64,000 nucleotides of DNA from a virus. Its lineage: Duplodnaviria > Caudoviricetes. How positions within the stretch are numbered: position 1 is the stretch's first letter; every line of letters starts with the position of its first letter. The DNA lies in the IMG/VR virus record IMGVR_UViG_2894097338_000001, positions 58,342-122,341 of that record; one strand, given 5' to 3'. Shown piece after piece: positions 10,876 through 21,550 of the stretch. The notes beneath the pieces are model-generated. The model was not told where the DNA came from and did no database searches. It saw nothing but the letters and a program-made list of their open reading frames with translations. The position numbers and the translations under genes were made by a program.

Positions 10876-11952
10876 CTAACTAACCTTTACTCTCCATTTC
10901 AAGAGGTAGTTCCATCTTTTAACTCCTCTGTCTATTGGCGAATCTTTATCTTCTAATATTTTAAATTTATCATAGATATAACTTGTTCTTCTAAACCCAG
11001 ATACCTTTTTGCAAACTGATTCCAAATACTCCTTGCCATCGATTTTCTCGTCTCCAACCATGATATCCTTGTCAAATGCGAAAACTATCTCTGTATCTGA
11101 TGGTGTATTTTGTATAATAAATCTAAGCTGAGACTCGGAAAGTTCGTCATGTCCACCAGTCGCAACAGAAAAGCCTTTTCCTTTTTCTATAGTAAACTGC
11201 TTAAGAACTGACTTCTCACTCTCGAATATAATCAGCATTTTGCTATCAATTACATTTTTATAAGCCTTATCAAAGCCATATAGATTACCAGTCTTCTTAT
11301 ATCCTTTAATATAGTTCCAATACTTTGGAACATCAAACTCTCTAGCAAGCTCTGAACTCATAGTTGTTCTACCTTTGATTCCAACAACTTTATCGTGCTC
11401 CAGCCAGTCATAGTGAGGGAATATAATCCTGCTCTTAACTGGATCAAACATGATATCAAACTGCTTTAAAACAGATGGCGATATCGCCTCTTCAAGCATC
11501 GATACATGATTTCTTTTTATAAATCTGTTGAGTACATCTTTGTCATGCTTCTCGTTTTCTGTATCAGCTCTTCTTTTTTCGCGAGCTTTTAGATTCCTAA
11601 TATCAGCTAGAATGTCCACCTTTTGAACCTGCTTTTTGTAACTATTACTTAGATTAAAAAGCCTGTGTATCTCGCCCATAATCTCACCAAAGCCAGAATC
11701 GTTGTATTCTTGAATTAGCCCCAGTATATCTCCGTGATAGTTAACCATACTGTCATAGCTTGAAGCAAAAAGATCATCCTCGTCTAGCCTAATTGATATA
11801 GCTGTACTATTAGTTCCAGTCGGTGAAGCACATCTGATTTCTTCTCCAGCTCTCCAGAAATCGTGAAATTCAAAATGTTCCAATACCTTAATGATTCTAT
11901 CTTCGTCCTCTTTAAGATATTGCTTAAGCTCTTTTGATTTCATTCTGCTCAC
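10876..11952 (-). CDS. DNA primase (TOPRIM)
   Basis: RIIFPH..., VGIKGR, LYGF, IIFESEKS, FAFDKD; adjacent to helicase. Confidence 0.85.
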   Translation of the reverse strand: MSRMKSKELKQYLKEDEDRIIKVLEHFEFHDFWRAGEEIRCASPTGTNSTAISIRLDEDDLFASSYDSMVNYHGDILGLIQEYNDSGFGEIMGEIHRLFNLSNSYKKQVQKVDILADIRNLKAREKRRADTENEKHDKDVLNRFIKRNHVSMLEEAISPSVLKQFDIMFDPVKSRIIFPHYDWLEHDKVVGIKGRTTMSSELAREFDVPKYWNYIKGYKKTGNLYGFDKAYKNVIDSKMLIIFESEKSVLKQFTIEKGKGFSVATGGHDELSESQLRFIIQNTPSDTEIVFAFDKDIMVGDEKIDGKEYLESVCKKVSGFRRTSYIYDKFKILEDKDSPIDRGVKRWNYLLKWRVKVS

Positions 11953-11957
11953 CCTCT

Positions 11958-13394
11958 CTAATAATCTTGAGCTACTTTAGTAAATCCAATATCTTTCATT
12001 GTGTTGCGACCTTTATCTACTTTAAAGACGAGCTGATTTTCAGTTGATCCACGTCTATTCTTATCGATGAATGCAATCATGTACTCTGCCTCTTTTTTCA
12101 GTAATGGCTTAGCCTCTCTATCTCGCTTCTTCTTGATTAGAAGGCCATCATTTCCTTTTTCGCTCTCTAAAACATTTCTAATTAATATAAGAGTTGAAAC
12201 AACATCCGCTACGTTTTTACTCATACCAAGTGATGTTTGATCCAAGAACCTTGTTCGCTGAGTCTTTGTTAACTGATAAGTAACCCAAACATGACAATTA
12301 TGAGCTGATGGTTTAACGACGTTGTATAGTTTAACCATATTTTGCTGTAATTGAAGCCATGAATTATCTCCTAATGATGATCCAAGATCATTATCTAATT
12401 TCAAAGTATCAATGATGAAGTATCTTACATTTTCTTGAATAATATATCTTCTCATTAATCTAATCGATTTATCCATGCTAAATGTATTGAAGTTAACGAA
12501 TTGAATTAATCCATCTTCTAGTTTTTCTTCCATCCACTCTACGGCCGCATCTAACGACTTGTGCTCGTCAGCTGAGAAATCTCCTTGATGAAATCTGGAT
12601 TTTATAAAGTCGCCTTCTTGGATATTGTTGATGTGCCACGTTAACATATCTTGCTGCCATTTACCCAGGTCTTCCTCATTACACATGACAAGTAGTTTTT
12701 CTTCATTCTCAATCATCGCAGTTAATGCTTGGTTGAGCGAAAAATTCGTCTTGCCAGATCCGCTTGCTCCAGCTACCATTGTAATATTACCTAAAGCCAT
12801 TCCATTGACTGTGGCGTTTAGCATTCTAGAATATACAGGTAGTCCGCGAGTTAAACCTTCGTCAGCCTTCTTAATCATTCCTCTGATATCATGCTTGAAA
12901 TCTAATACTTTCTCTTCCGTTGTTCCCTCTGCGAAGATTTTTCCAATCTTATCTTCTACAGTTGCAGCAAGCTCTTCATAAGATAATTTGTTATATGCAG
13001 CCCATTCACTTTGAATGTCATAGCCGTACATATTCAACTTGCGTAAAGCTTCGTATCTCATTACCTCTTTATAGTAGACATCAATATTGTTTGCTTCTAT
13101 TAAATTCATGCTTTCTGCGATTGTTGACCATCCACCAGCTCGCTCAAATAGTTTTTGCAGCTTATCACTTTGCTGTCCCATATACACTTCCACATTCACT
13201 GAGTCGATCACTTGATAGTTCTTCTTCTCAATCATTTGTTCCAGGATCATATAATATAATCTTGTATTCCCATCTGTAATGAATGATTTATCTAATTTAT
13301 ATTCAAGAAATAAATTAACGTCGCTATACAAGCTAAAAACATATTGTGTATCGGCAACTTTTTTATGGTGTAATAACTCCTCAGTAAAACTCAT
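11958..13394 (-). CDS. replicative DnaB-family helicase
   Basis: GASGSGKT Walker A, FIIDTLK, TYQL, IDKNRRG. Confidence 0.88.
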   Translation of the reverse strand: MSFTEELLHHKKVADTQYVFSLYSDVNLFLEYKLDKSFITDGNTRLYYMILEQMIEKKNYQVIDSVNVEVYMGQQSDKLQKLFERAGGWSTIAESMNLIEANNIDVYYKEVMRYEALRKLNMYGYDIQSEWAAYNKLSYEELAATVEDKIGKIFAEGTTEEKVLDFKHDIRGMIKKADEGLTRGLPVYSRMLNATVNGMALGNITMVAGASGSGKTNFSLNQALTAMIENEEKLLVMCNEEDLGKWQQDMLTWHINNIQEGDFIKSRFHQGDFSADEHKSLDAAVEWMEEKLEDGLIQFVNFNTFSMDKSIRLMRRYIIQENVRYFIIDTLKLDNDLGSSLGDNSWLQLQQNMVKLYNVVKPSAHNCHVWVTYQLTKTQRTRFLDQTSLGMSKNVADVVSTLILIRNVLESEKGNDGLLIKKKRDREAKPLLKKEAEYMIAFIDKNRRGSTENQLVFKVDKGRNTMKDIGFTKVAQDY

Positions 13395-13406
13395 CTATAA
13401 ATCCCC

Positions 13407-13745
13407 TTATACCTTATTTTCTCCCTCTAATGCTGATCTTGTGACTAGTGAATATAACAATTCAACACTGTCAAATTCATTGCTTTCAGATACTTCTAAC
13501 ATTACTGACGCAAACTTTAAATATGTCTCATCAGTTATCTTCCATCTTTTCACTTCATCTACGATTCTCATTGTTTCAGATAAAGTTATTTGCAAAACGT
13601 CACTCCACGAAAATCTATAGTCAACAGCGTTAAATAGCTTTGCATACATTTCATCAATTGATTTTTTATCAAAGTCCACAACACTGCATCGAATAGTGTG
13701 ATCGTTCTTTCTTAAAAATGCCTGGATAGTCTTTTGTAAATTCAT
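13407..13745 (-). CDS. hypothetical protein
   Basis: ORF with GGAGGA RBS in replication operon. Confidence 0.7.
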   Translation of the reverse strand: MNLQKTIQAFLRKNDHTIRCSVVDFDKKSIDEMYAKLFNAVDYRFSWSDVLQITLSETMRIVDEVKRWKITDETYLKFASVMLEVSESNEFDSVELLYSLVTRSALEGENKV

Positions 13746-13756
13746 TTTAAATCCTC

Positions 13757-14506
13757 CTAGTTAAACATGCTTTCTAGCTCATCAATCTCTTGTTTCTCTC
13801 TCTCAAGATCCTCGTCTATCTTACTCTTAACAACTTTTACGCGACCTTTGTCTACCTTGTTTTTAAATGGTTTATATTCAACTTCCATAATTTCATCTGG
13901 AATAGATTCTAATTTCTTCTCTGTTTCCTTTTTCTTCTCAACTCGCTCTGCTATAAAGTTGATGTTATTGGCAATGATAGTCATAACGTAATTGACTTGA
14001 TGATCTCCATTTTTCCACTCGCTATTCTTTCCTAAAGCCTGTCTAATACTTGGAGTACAGTACAGTATCGTAAGTCTAATTTCTTCATACGTGTATCCGC
14101 GTTTGATATTTTTAACATTCTCCCCTTTAGGATAATACTTACCAATTCTCAAACCTCTCAGCCTTAATACAGCATGTTTGCTTAAAGGCCTACCCTCTTT
14201 GATTCCCATAACTGTTCTAAACGCTGCATAACACTTACCCCATTCGGAGTTCTCTGCCAGAGTTTCCTCTTCATATTCAATCGTATCCATGTACTTTGTA
14301 GCACATCCGATGTGAACATTTCTTGCGACGTCGATAACCTCACCAGTTCCCTTATTTAAGGGGACTTGAACTGATGCCAAGTCTCTTTTTAACGTGATAT
14401 CTTTGCCGCAAAAATAGCAGAGGACTGCCGTTTCTGATTCAACAATTGCGCCTTTCATCTTATTCTTAGGCTGTTTCTTCTTCTTGGTTTTTTTCTCCTC
14501 TGCCAT
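13757..14506 (-). CDS. Zn-binding replication-region protein (possible helicase loader/accessory)
   Basis: CYFC...HIGC; position upstream of dnaB; function inferred. Confidence 0.5.
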   Translation of the reverse strand: MAEEKKTKKKKQPKNKMKGAIVESETAVLCYFCGKDITLKRDLASVQVPLNKGTGEVIDVARNVHIGCATKYMDTIEYEEETLAENSEWGKCYAAFRTVMGIKEGRPLSKHAVLRLRGLRIGKYYPKGENVKNIKRGYTYEEIRLTILYCTPSIRQALGKNSEWKNGDHQVNYVMTIIANNINFIAERVEKKKETEKKLESIPDEIMEVEYKPFKNKVDKGRVKVVKSKIDEDLEREKQEIDELESMFN

Positions 14507-14518
14507 CTAATTAGCTCC

Positions 14519-15751
14519 TTATAATTTAATTTTTCTAATCTCGAAATCTTCTTCGTCAACAAGAATTACACCTTGAGATCTAGAAGAAGACGTATTAATC
14601 GTTTTTAAACTGTACTCATCGCTACCTTTAATTGATCCAAACGTTGTAACGAACTTATTCAATCCAACTTCCTTCATAGTAAAATGGTGGATGTGGCCTG
14701 CTGCTAATACATCAAAGTCGATTCCGTAAAGCATAGATTGCTCAGCCAGAACGCTTTGTTTTTTGATCGGTGTTAAATCTCCGTGAACGAATAAGAAGTT
14801 TCGACCATAGCTACTTCCTACATAGTGATATGGTTCAGTTGCCTCAAATTTAATCTTCGTATCGGAATACTTAACAAATGTCTCAATGATTCTATTGATA
14901 ACATTTACTGCCCCATCTGAATAAATGGTGTCATTCTTAGAACTCATGCGATCATGGTTTCCATTAAATCCTGTATATGTTACTTTTACGTACTGTGATA
15001 ACTTTTGTAAAAATGCAATTATTAACTCTGCTGCATCAGCTATTTGTTCTGATAATGTCTTATCGACAGAATAGCCTTGTCCATGACGCATATATGCTGA
15101 TTCGATAGCGTCACCCATATTTACAACGTGAATCTCTTCTACATTTTCTTTTGTGGCAACATCGATCAATTCATCTGCATACTTCATTAATAACTCTTCG
15201 GCAATGTCGATATTGTAAGTAAAACCTTCCACATCAACAATTGCTCCATAATGGAAATCCGAAAGACCAGCATACATTTTTCTAACTTTTAAACGTCTGT
15301 CAACAACTGGCGTAAATCTAACACTAGCAAAGTCTTTTTCGCTTAGAGCACTCTCAAGAGATTCTATCAAAACAATCTCCTTGCTTAACTCTCTTTTAAG
15401 TCTGCTAAGTCTTAGGAACTCTTGCCTAGCATCAAGCTTGTTGTGTTGAATCATTCCAATTTCATTCTTAATTGACTCAAGTTTTCCTTCTGCAACCATG
15501 TCTGCATATTTTTCTACTTGTGGCAGCACACCGCGAGCTTTTCGCTCTGCTTTAATCATTTGACGATAAGCCTCGCTATTTTCGGAATCATCAAAACCTT
15601 CCTCGATCATCATTCTTCTGTGTGCAGCCCATGATACACGACGACTTGGACTCGCCTTTTGCAACTCTTCTACAAGCTCCAACGACGCATCCAAGTGCGA
15701 TTCGCTTACCTTTATTTTTTCTCCACTTTTATTGGTGTAGCTTCTTCCCAA
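14519..15751 (-). CDS. calcineurin-like metallophosphoesterase
   Basis: SDFHYG, MGD, GNHDR, VHGD, GHIHH motifs. Confidence 0.85.
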   Translation of the reverse strand: MGRSYTNKSGEKIKVSESHLDASLELVEELQKASPSRRVSWAAHRRMMIEEGFDDSENSEAYRQMIKAERKARGVLPQVEKYADMVAEGKLESIKNEIGMIQHNKLDARQEFLRLSRLKRELSKEIVLIESLESALSEKDFASVRFTPVVDRRLKVRKMYAGLSDFHYGAIVDVEGFTYNIDIAEELLMKYADELIDVATKENVEEIHVVNMGDAIESAYMRHGQGYSVDKTLSEQIADAAELIIAFLQKLSQYVKVTYTGFNGNHDRMSSKNDTIYSDGAVNVINRIIETFVKYSDTKIKFEATEPYHYVGSSYGRNFLFVHGDLTPIKKQSVLAEQSMLYGIDFDVLAAGHIHHFTMKEVGLNKFVTTFGSIKGSDEYSLKTINTSSSRSQGVILVDEEDFEIRKIKL

Positions 15752-15809
15752 TTAATATCAGCTCCTACTATCAATATTTTTGAGAAGAATCCCTATTTAC
15801 TATTTCTCC

Positions 15810-16790
15810 CTACCTAAACTCTTTTACTAATGCTAGTACCTTCTCTTCTTGTGAGGCAGTCATTTTACTCAAGCTCTTAACTCCCAGGTCTTCTTTAATT
15901 GTTTTAAGAAGTCGAGCGCGATCCTCGTCTCTGCCTTCACTTTTTAGAAATACTGACAATTCAGCAACCTTCGTTTTTGCATCTTTTTCTTCTTCTGCAG
16001 CTTCTTCTCTGTATGCCTCCTGTGATCTTTCTGATCCTTTGGCAAACGATGTCCCCAAGGTCTCTTTACCCTTCATTTTCTTCGTACGCTTGTCCCACAT
16101 GCTAAATTTAGGGTTCTCGATCACGTCGCCAGCTTTGTACACTTTTGTACGGTCTTTGCCAACTTTTGCAAAGTATTTAGTGTCTTCGCCTTCTCCTTCT
16201 TTGAAAAGAGTTAATACGATATCGTAATCATATTCGGCTTCTTTTTTCATATTTGGTTTCGTTCCAATTACTTCATAAGTTCCAGCCTTTTTATCGAATT
16301 TCTTAATATCATTCTCTTGTGCAATTGAAATAATGTTAATACCAGCTCCAGATGCGTCAATTTTAAAGTTTTGTAATCGCTCTGCAATTTGACCAATTTT
16401 TCCATATGAGCGAATGCTTAAGTTACTATCCAGCGGATCTCCGCCTTTTTTAACAGCTTTTCGCTCTTCCACCGTCATAATGGCTTGGTTGATATCGCCA
16501 TAGAATTTCGATTCTGAGTCAATGATAATTGATTCGATACCATATTCCTCTTGGTTTTCCATAATGTCGTCGATGGCCTCTTCTAGCTCGTTGTATGACT
16601 GAGTATTAGCGACAAGCATAATGTTTTTTCCTTCTGGCTCATCTTCATATAGAGCAATTCCAGCCTCACTATCAAGCACGGCAGACTTTGGTGCAGTAAG
16701 TCCAAAAATGGACTTACCAACACCAGTTTTACCAATTACTAAAATTTTCAATCCTATACGTTTACTTCCTGGTTTTCTAAATAATGTCAA
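15810..16790 (-). CDS. AAA_24/Sak4-like recombination ATPase
   Basis: GKTGVGKS, LDSEAG, IIIDSES, EYDYD, KDRT. Confidence 0.8.
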   Translation of the reverse strand: MTLFRKPGSKRIGLKILVIGKTGVGKSIFGLTAPKSAVLDSEAGIALYEDEPEGKNIMLVANTQSYNELEEAIDDIMENQEEYGIESIIIDSESKFYGDINQAIMTVEERKAVKKGGDPLDSNLSIRSYGKIGQIAERLQNFKIDASGAGINIISIAQENDIKKFDKKAGTYEVIGTKPNMKKEAEYDYDIVLTLFKEGEGEDTKYFAKVGKDRTKVYKAGDVIENPKFSMWDKRTKKMKGKETLGTSFAKGSERSQEAYREEAAEEEKDAKTKVAELSVFLKSEGRDEDRARLLKTIKEDLGVKSLSKMTASQEEKVLALVKEFR

Positions 16791-16835
16791 TGTTATACTC
16801 TCCTTTTAATTTGTATTCAATTCTTATGGTTCTTT

Positions 16836-18110
16836 TTAAGAAAAAATATCCTCATCGTCGAATAAGTCGTCTAGACCGTCTCCGTCGTCATCGTCTTCTG
16901 TTTTCTCTTCTTTCTTACTAGAAGATTTCTCTTCTTTTTTATCAGAGTTGTCAAAGTCTTCGTCGTCTAAGTCGATTTCGCCTTCGTCATCTAACTCCTC
17001 CTCAAGATCTGGTCTAATTAATGCAGCTGGCGCATATTTTTCATCATCAATTGCCAATACTTTACCTTTTTCTCCGTCAGATTTTTTAAATCCTGGTTTA
17101 ACAAAGATAACTTCACTTACTTTGTCGCCTCGAATAGTAACGTCCTGCATTACTTCTTCTTCTGTCATGATTCCACAATCGATCAATTCTTGCATTTCTG
17201 GTGTAATTTCAACCTCTCCAGATGATTCTTCATATCCTTCATTAAGCTTCATAACAAGTGAAATTTCGCGAACAGTGTCCTTTTTAACAAAGAATAACTT
17301 TTTATACAAAGCCATTAACTTAGGAAGTTTTTCTTCGCTAATTTTCTCTGGTAGCTGAACTTTAAATCGTCGTGGGAAAGCCCATGTCTCTTTAACTTCT
17401 ACATATTCCCCATTAATGTTTACGGTACTAACATACTCTGGAACAAAGGCATTAACCATTACGCTTCCGTTCTTTTCTAACTCTTTAGCCCAGCCTTTTT
17501 CTAATGAGTAGTCATTTAAAAGATAAGTTTGTCGCAATGTAGCTTCATGTGGTCGAGCTGGAATATCTACGCCGTTTCTCTTGCGCGGCTCGTTTAAGTA
17601 GATTGAGCGAATTTTGTAATTTGTATACTGTTTTTCTTCCCATTCAGAATACTCAACATCTGCTTGAACAATGATTTCCATTCCATTTTCAAGGTTTTCT
17701 TTAAGATATTCTTCAAGATCAATTTCACTTAAGAACTCTTTTTTGATAACTTTTCCGTTTTCGTCTTTTTCAATTGCTGCTGTTAATTTACGGTTTTGAG
17801 ATACTGTTTCAATGATTTCCTCATTAAAACGATCTTCCCAGTCAATCTGCATTGGTTTAAAGTCAGTGTCTAATAAATAAAGAATGGGTCTGTCAGTTTT
17901 GTATCCACCATCAATTTGTACATAGTTAATGTTTCCTTCGCCACTAGCTACGCCAAATGAACTTCTTACATGTTTCCATGTCTTTCCTTCTTTTTGCTGC
18001 GCACCAGGGAATGTGTCTTTTCCTACGATGGCTTTACCAACTAGTCGTACAGAAGCGATTCCTCCCTTTAATTCATTCAATAATTCTTTCTTTGCTGTTT
18101 TTCGTGCCAT
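16836..18110 (-). CDS. single-stranded DNA-binding protein-like
   Basis: Beta-rich body, very acidic tail ending DDEDIFS; next to Sak4-like ATPase. Confidence 0.6.
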   Translation of the reverse strand: MARKTAKKELLNELKGGIASVRLVGKAIVGKDTFPGAQQKEGKTWKHVRSSFGVASGEGNINYVQIDGGYKTDRPILYLLDTDFKPMQIDWEDRFNEEIIETVSQNRKLTAAIEKDENGKVIKKEFLSEIDLEEYLKENLENGMEIIVQADVEYSEWEEKQYTNYKIRSIYLNEPRKRNGVDIPARPHEATLRQTYLLNDYSLEKGWAKELEKNGSVMVNAFVPEYVSTVNINGEYVEVKETWAFPRRFKVQLPEKISEEKLPKLMALYKKLFFVKKDTVREISLVMKLNEGYEESSGEVEITPEMQELIDCGIMTEEEVMQDVTIRGDKVSEVIFVKPGFKKSDGEKGKVLAIDDEKYAPAALIRPDLEEELDDEGEIDLDDEDFDNSDKKEEKSSSKKEEKTEDDDDGDGLDDLFDDEDIFS

Positions 18111-18734
18111 TTACATTTCTCCCTCTCTATTTGTCTCTGTGTATTTTAAAATTCCAACTTCTTTTTTCCCAAGTAAATCATAGCCAATGGTGCATAGATT
18201 TTCATCCAGAGAATCGTCGCGTTTAATACATCTGTCTTCAATTTCAATTCCTACAATTTTTCTTAAAGCAAAACCAATCTCTTCGCCAGTTGCTAATTCA
18301 CTATTAAACAAGATTGTCTCGATCAAACCTGCCTCACTCACTATCTGAAAGGCCTTAGAGCAAACTTCTACGATGAATGGTTTTTCAAGAACGTCATCAT
18401 CTAAGATGGCCTCAGTTTCTTCATTCGCAAAGTCATCTTGACTTTCGTCTATTAAAACGGCTTCTAAATCGTCCTCTCTCAACTCTTCTGATAGATCCTC
18501 GGAATTATCGTCTAAGGTATTTTTAAATATCTCGTATTGCATAATCTCAACATCTTCTCTTGACGCTAGCCCTCTTCCAACAATTAATGTGACAAAATCC
18601 CCAAATCTATCGGCAATTTCGTCATCTGTTAGATTCTTGCCTCCAAGGATTATTTCAGCACCTGCCCTGTTTTTATCAGACATTAAGTCTTCTAAATCAA
18701 TGGCTAAATCCATTCTTAAAACATATTTCCCCAT
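18111..18734 (-). CDS. acidic hypothetical protein
   Basis: ORF with GGAGG RBS. Confidence 0.7.
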   Translation of the reverse strand: MGKYVLRMDLAIDLEDLMSDKNRAGAEIILGGKNLTDDEIADRFGDFVTLIVGRGLASREDVEIMQYEIFKNTLDDNSEDLSEELREDDLEAVLIDESQDDFANEETEAILDDDVLEKPFIVEVCSKAFQIVSEAGLIETILFNSELATGEEIGFALRKIVGIEIEDRCIKRDDSLDENLCTIGYDLLGKKEVGILKYTETNREGEM

Positions 18735-18756
18735 ATTAAAACCTCCTACATAATTA

Positions 18757-19428
18757 TTAAGATAAAATCCTTACATTTACTGGTCTGCTTCCAAATTGAA
18801 TAGCTTCTTCATAAGACATGTTAAGGTCAATTCGATTACCTACGATGTCTCCACCAGTATCGGCTGCCACGGCAATTCCGTAACCCTCAATCTCCAACAT
18901 TGTTCCTAATGGGATGAAATTTGGATCTACTGCCACAACTCGATCACCAGTGCTATTGATAACTACTCCAGATGCCGTAACTCCACCAAGGCTTACTCCG
19001 TCATACGCTGTTGCTGACATTACATGAGTTACTTCTCCAGATCGTGCAAACTGCTTTTCTGGTTCTTGTTGTAAAATATTATGGCTCTCTTCGTGATTTT
19101 GAACAGGCTGCTCTTCTACCTGTTCGGCTTGAGTATCAACTTCTACATTTTCTACAACTTCTTTTTCAACAGACTCGTCAGCTTTCTTAGCATCTTTTTT
19201 TGCTTTTTCAAGTTCCTTTTGAGCTGCCTCAACTTCTTTAACCAAAGCTGTTTTCTCTTTTACTTCTTTGTTCAACTTTAATTCAAGCTGTTCATAATCC
19301 GCCTTTGCAGTATCTAATTTTGTTTGATTAGTAACTGATCCACTTAATCTTCCAGCAAGAATTGCTAATAACAATAGCGTAACTCCTCCGAATAATTTTG
19401 TTCTCTTCATTAATTTTTTGTTAGTCAT
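18757..19428 (-). CDS. secreted/anchored coiled-coil protein with 3D (MltA-like, Sps) domain
   Basis: Start MTNKK after GAGGAG; signal anchor; ATAY...TASG...VAVDPNFIPLGT...AADTGGDIVGNRIDL. Confidence 0.9.
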   Translation of the reverse strand: MTNKKLMKRTKLFGGVTLLLLAILAGRLSGSVTNQTKLDTAKADYEQLELKLNKEVKEKTALVKEVEAAQKELEKAKKDAKKADESVEKEVVENVEVDTQAEQVEEQPVQNHEESHNILQQEPEKQFARSGEVTHVMSATAYDGVSLGGVTASGVVINSTGDRVVAVDPNFIPLGTMLEIEGYGIAVAADTGGDIVGNRIDLNMSYEEAIQFGSRPVNVRILS

Positions 19429-19515
19429 AATTGACTCCTCTCTCTTGTTTTTATTTGCCCTGTCTAGGGACAACAGTACACGCTCTCTTCTACTTTTATA
19501 ATACTACCATCGGTT

Positions 19516-19797
19516 TTATTGGTTGTCAATACTTATGCTAATGTTTTTCAACATAATATCTACATCAATTTCTGCCTCCCTTAAAAGTTCATTAATTAAT
19601 ATGCGAAAATGATTTTTGTACTCTTCGTTTAAACCACTAGAATGAAGATCTCTATACAATGTTGTATAAGCTCTTGTTATCTCCATGTGAAGATCGCTAT
19701 CGTATGATAGGTTGGCCGATAAAACAAGCCGTGATATGCCATCTTCTAACTCCCTAACCCTTCTATCAAACTCGTTATACTCTTCAATATTAGTCAT
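19516..19797 (-). CDS. hypothetical protein
   Basis: ORF in operon. Confidence 0.6.
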   Translation of the reverse strand: MTNIEEYNEFDRRVRELEDGISRLVLSANLSYDSDLHMEITRAYTTLYRDLHSSGLNEEYKNHFRILINELLREAEIDVDIMLKNISISIDNQ

Positions 19798-19802
19798 TGT
19801 AT

Positions 19803-20267
19803 TTAATTCGCCTCCATTTCTATTGATAAGATTAATAATACAATATTGCCAATAATTAGAGGATCTTTTATCTGCTCTCTAATAATATCAAAAGCCTTAT
19901 CCACGCCAAATACTCTCTTCGCGTTATACATACTTATGCTTAAGTCTTTAAAAATAAGCGCACTAATATTACAATACATAATATCCTGCATTTTCTTTCT
20001 AGCTGATTCAGATATTTCCTCCTGGATCTCTTCTACGACTGATCTAAGCTTATCCTCGTCGAGATATTCAGTTAAGGCAATCTCTTTTACTTTTGACTCT
20101 ATTTCTCCTATTGGGGTATCAGCATCTATAACCGACTTAAACCTTGAATACTCCTTCTTTACCAACTCTTCTAGTCTATGATTTCCAAGAATTTCAATAC
20201 TTTTATGATTCATTTTTTTAAACCTAACCTTTCCCTTTTCAGTTATATGGCTACAGTGATTATTCAC
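19803..20267 (-). CDS. hypothetical protein
   Basis: ORF overlapping upstream stop. Confidence 0.6.
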   Translation of the reverse strand: MNNHCSHITEKGKVRFKKMNHKSIEILGNHRLEELVKKEYSRFKSVIDADTPIGEIESKVKEIALTEYLDEDKLRSVVEEIQEEISESARKKMQDIMYCNISALIFKDLSISMYNAKRVFGVDKAFDIIREQIKDPLIIGNIVLLILSIEMEAN

Positions 20268-21525
20268 CTGTAGCCGCCTTGTATTCTTTTCCTAAACGAT
20301 TAACTAATTGTCTATTAGATGGTAATTTTTTTTCTTCAATATAGTCCCCAGTCTTATTCCATTCTCCAAACTTCATAAGAGTTTTTCTAATAGCGTCATA
20401 CCTATCCATCCCACTCGCTATATATTTTTTAATACTATTAATTTTTCCACTTTTAGCTACTAATGATATTGTCAAATCTTTTTCATATCCAAGAGATTCT
20501 GCAAGAGATCTAATGTTTAGCATTCTGTCATATGCACCTCGGTATGTAATAGCTCGTTCATCCTCTTTTGAGTCGCTGTTGTAAGCAATTTTAACGTCTA
20601 TAGGCTTTAATACATATGGACTTTCTAGGTATGGTACTATTGAGATTGTCCCATTAAACGGCTTGTACGCTTTTGTTTGAGAGGCAGCTAATAAAATTAA
20701 TTTTCTAGTATCGCTATCAATAGCAATCTCTCTATCAACACCATCTTCATGGTCTCTGATAACAATTCTATCTTTTTTTATATCACTAATCTTTAATCTG
20801 CGCAATTCGTCATCTTTTGGAGCCTCAGCTAATTTTACACCTTCGAAAATTAAAATAGGTATAATTGCATTTTGAGGAGTTGGAGACTGTTTAAATAAAG
20901 ATAATAAATCCTCTCTTGTTACCAATGTATTTTCGTTTTCATCATGTCTACCACCTAAAATATCGGCAAACTTGTTCTTTTTAAGATAAGCATTCCAGCT
21001 AGTATCTTCGTCATTTCGAACAATAATTCCTTTCCAAAATTTTTCATATTTTGAAAAAAGATTTAGTCTAAGCTTCATTTTATAATACATTTGGTCTACA
21101 AAAAGTGAAACGATTGTCTCCTCAATTTCTTCTTTTGTAAATAAAATAATACCTTTTTTAAATTCTTTTTCAATAGCCTCAACTTCTTTAAAAATGGCAA
21201 CAGCTCTTTTAATAGCACTGTCTAACTCCCACTCTTTGCTCAATTCAAATAGGAATAATTTTTTTAGCATATCGCTATATCCAAAAACCAAGTCCATTTT
21301 ATTACCTTCTGAATCTTCTATTTCACCCACAAGGCAGTCATCACATCCGCGAGTGTAAAGTGTACCAACGATTTCCTTTAATTTACCAATCGAAACGATG
21401 TCAACTAAGTTTTCTCCATTAACTGCTTTTTCGTACACCTTCTTAGATAATTTTGTTTTTAAAAAATCTGCAAAATCACTTTTCCCAGCGATCGCACCGT
21501 CTTTCACTTTTATCTCGATAATCAT
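20260..21525 (-). CDS. MrpR/YopR-like lytic-cycle repressor (degenerate tyrosine-recombinase fold)
   Basis: IPILIFEGVK...ELRRLKISDI...DREIAID...LTISLVAKSGKI; no HxxR/Y catalytic set; downstream of an integrase-like gene as in SPbeta yopP-yopQ-yopR. Confidence 0.7.
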   Translation of the reverse strand: MIIEIKVKDGAIAGKSDFADFLKTKLSKKVYEKAVNGENLVDIVSIGKLKEIVGTLYTRGCDDCLVGEIEDSEGNKMDLVFGYSDMLKKLFLFELSKEWELDSAIKRAVAIFKEVEAIEKEFKKGIILFTKEEIEETIVSLFVDQMYYKMKLRLNLFSKYEKFWKGIIVRNDEDTSWNAYLKKNKFADILGGRHDENENTLVTREDLLSLFKQSPTPQNAIIPILIFEGVKLAEAPKDDELRRLKISDIKKDRIVIRDHEDGVDREIAIDSDTRKLILLAASQTKAYKPFNGTISIVPYLESPYVLKPIDVKIAYNSDSKEDERAITYRGAYDRMLNIRSLAESLGYEKDLTISLVAKSGKINSIKKYIASGMDRYDAIRKTLMKFGEWNKTGDYIEEKKLPSNRQLVNRLGKEYKAATGE

Positions 21526-21550
21526 TATTCCATACCTCCTGTTTTTTAAT

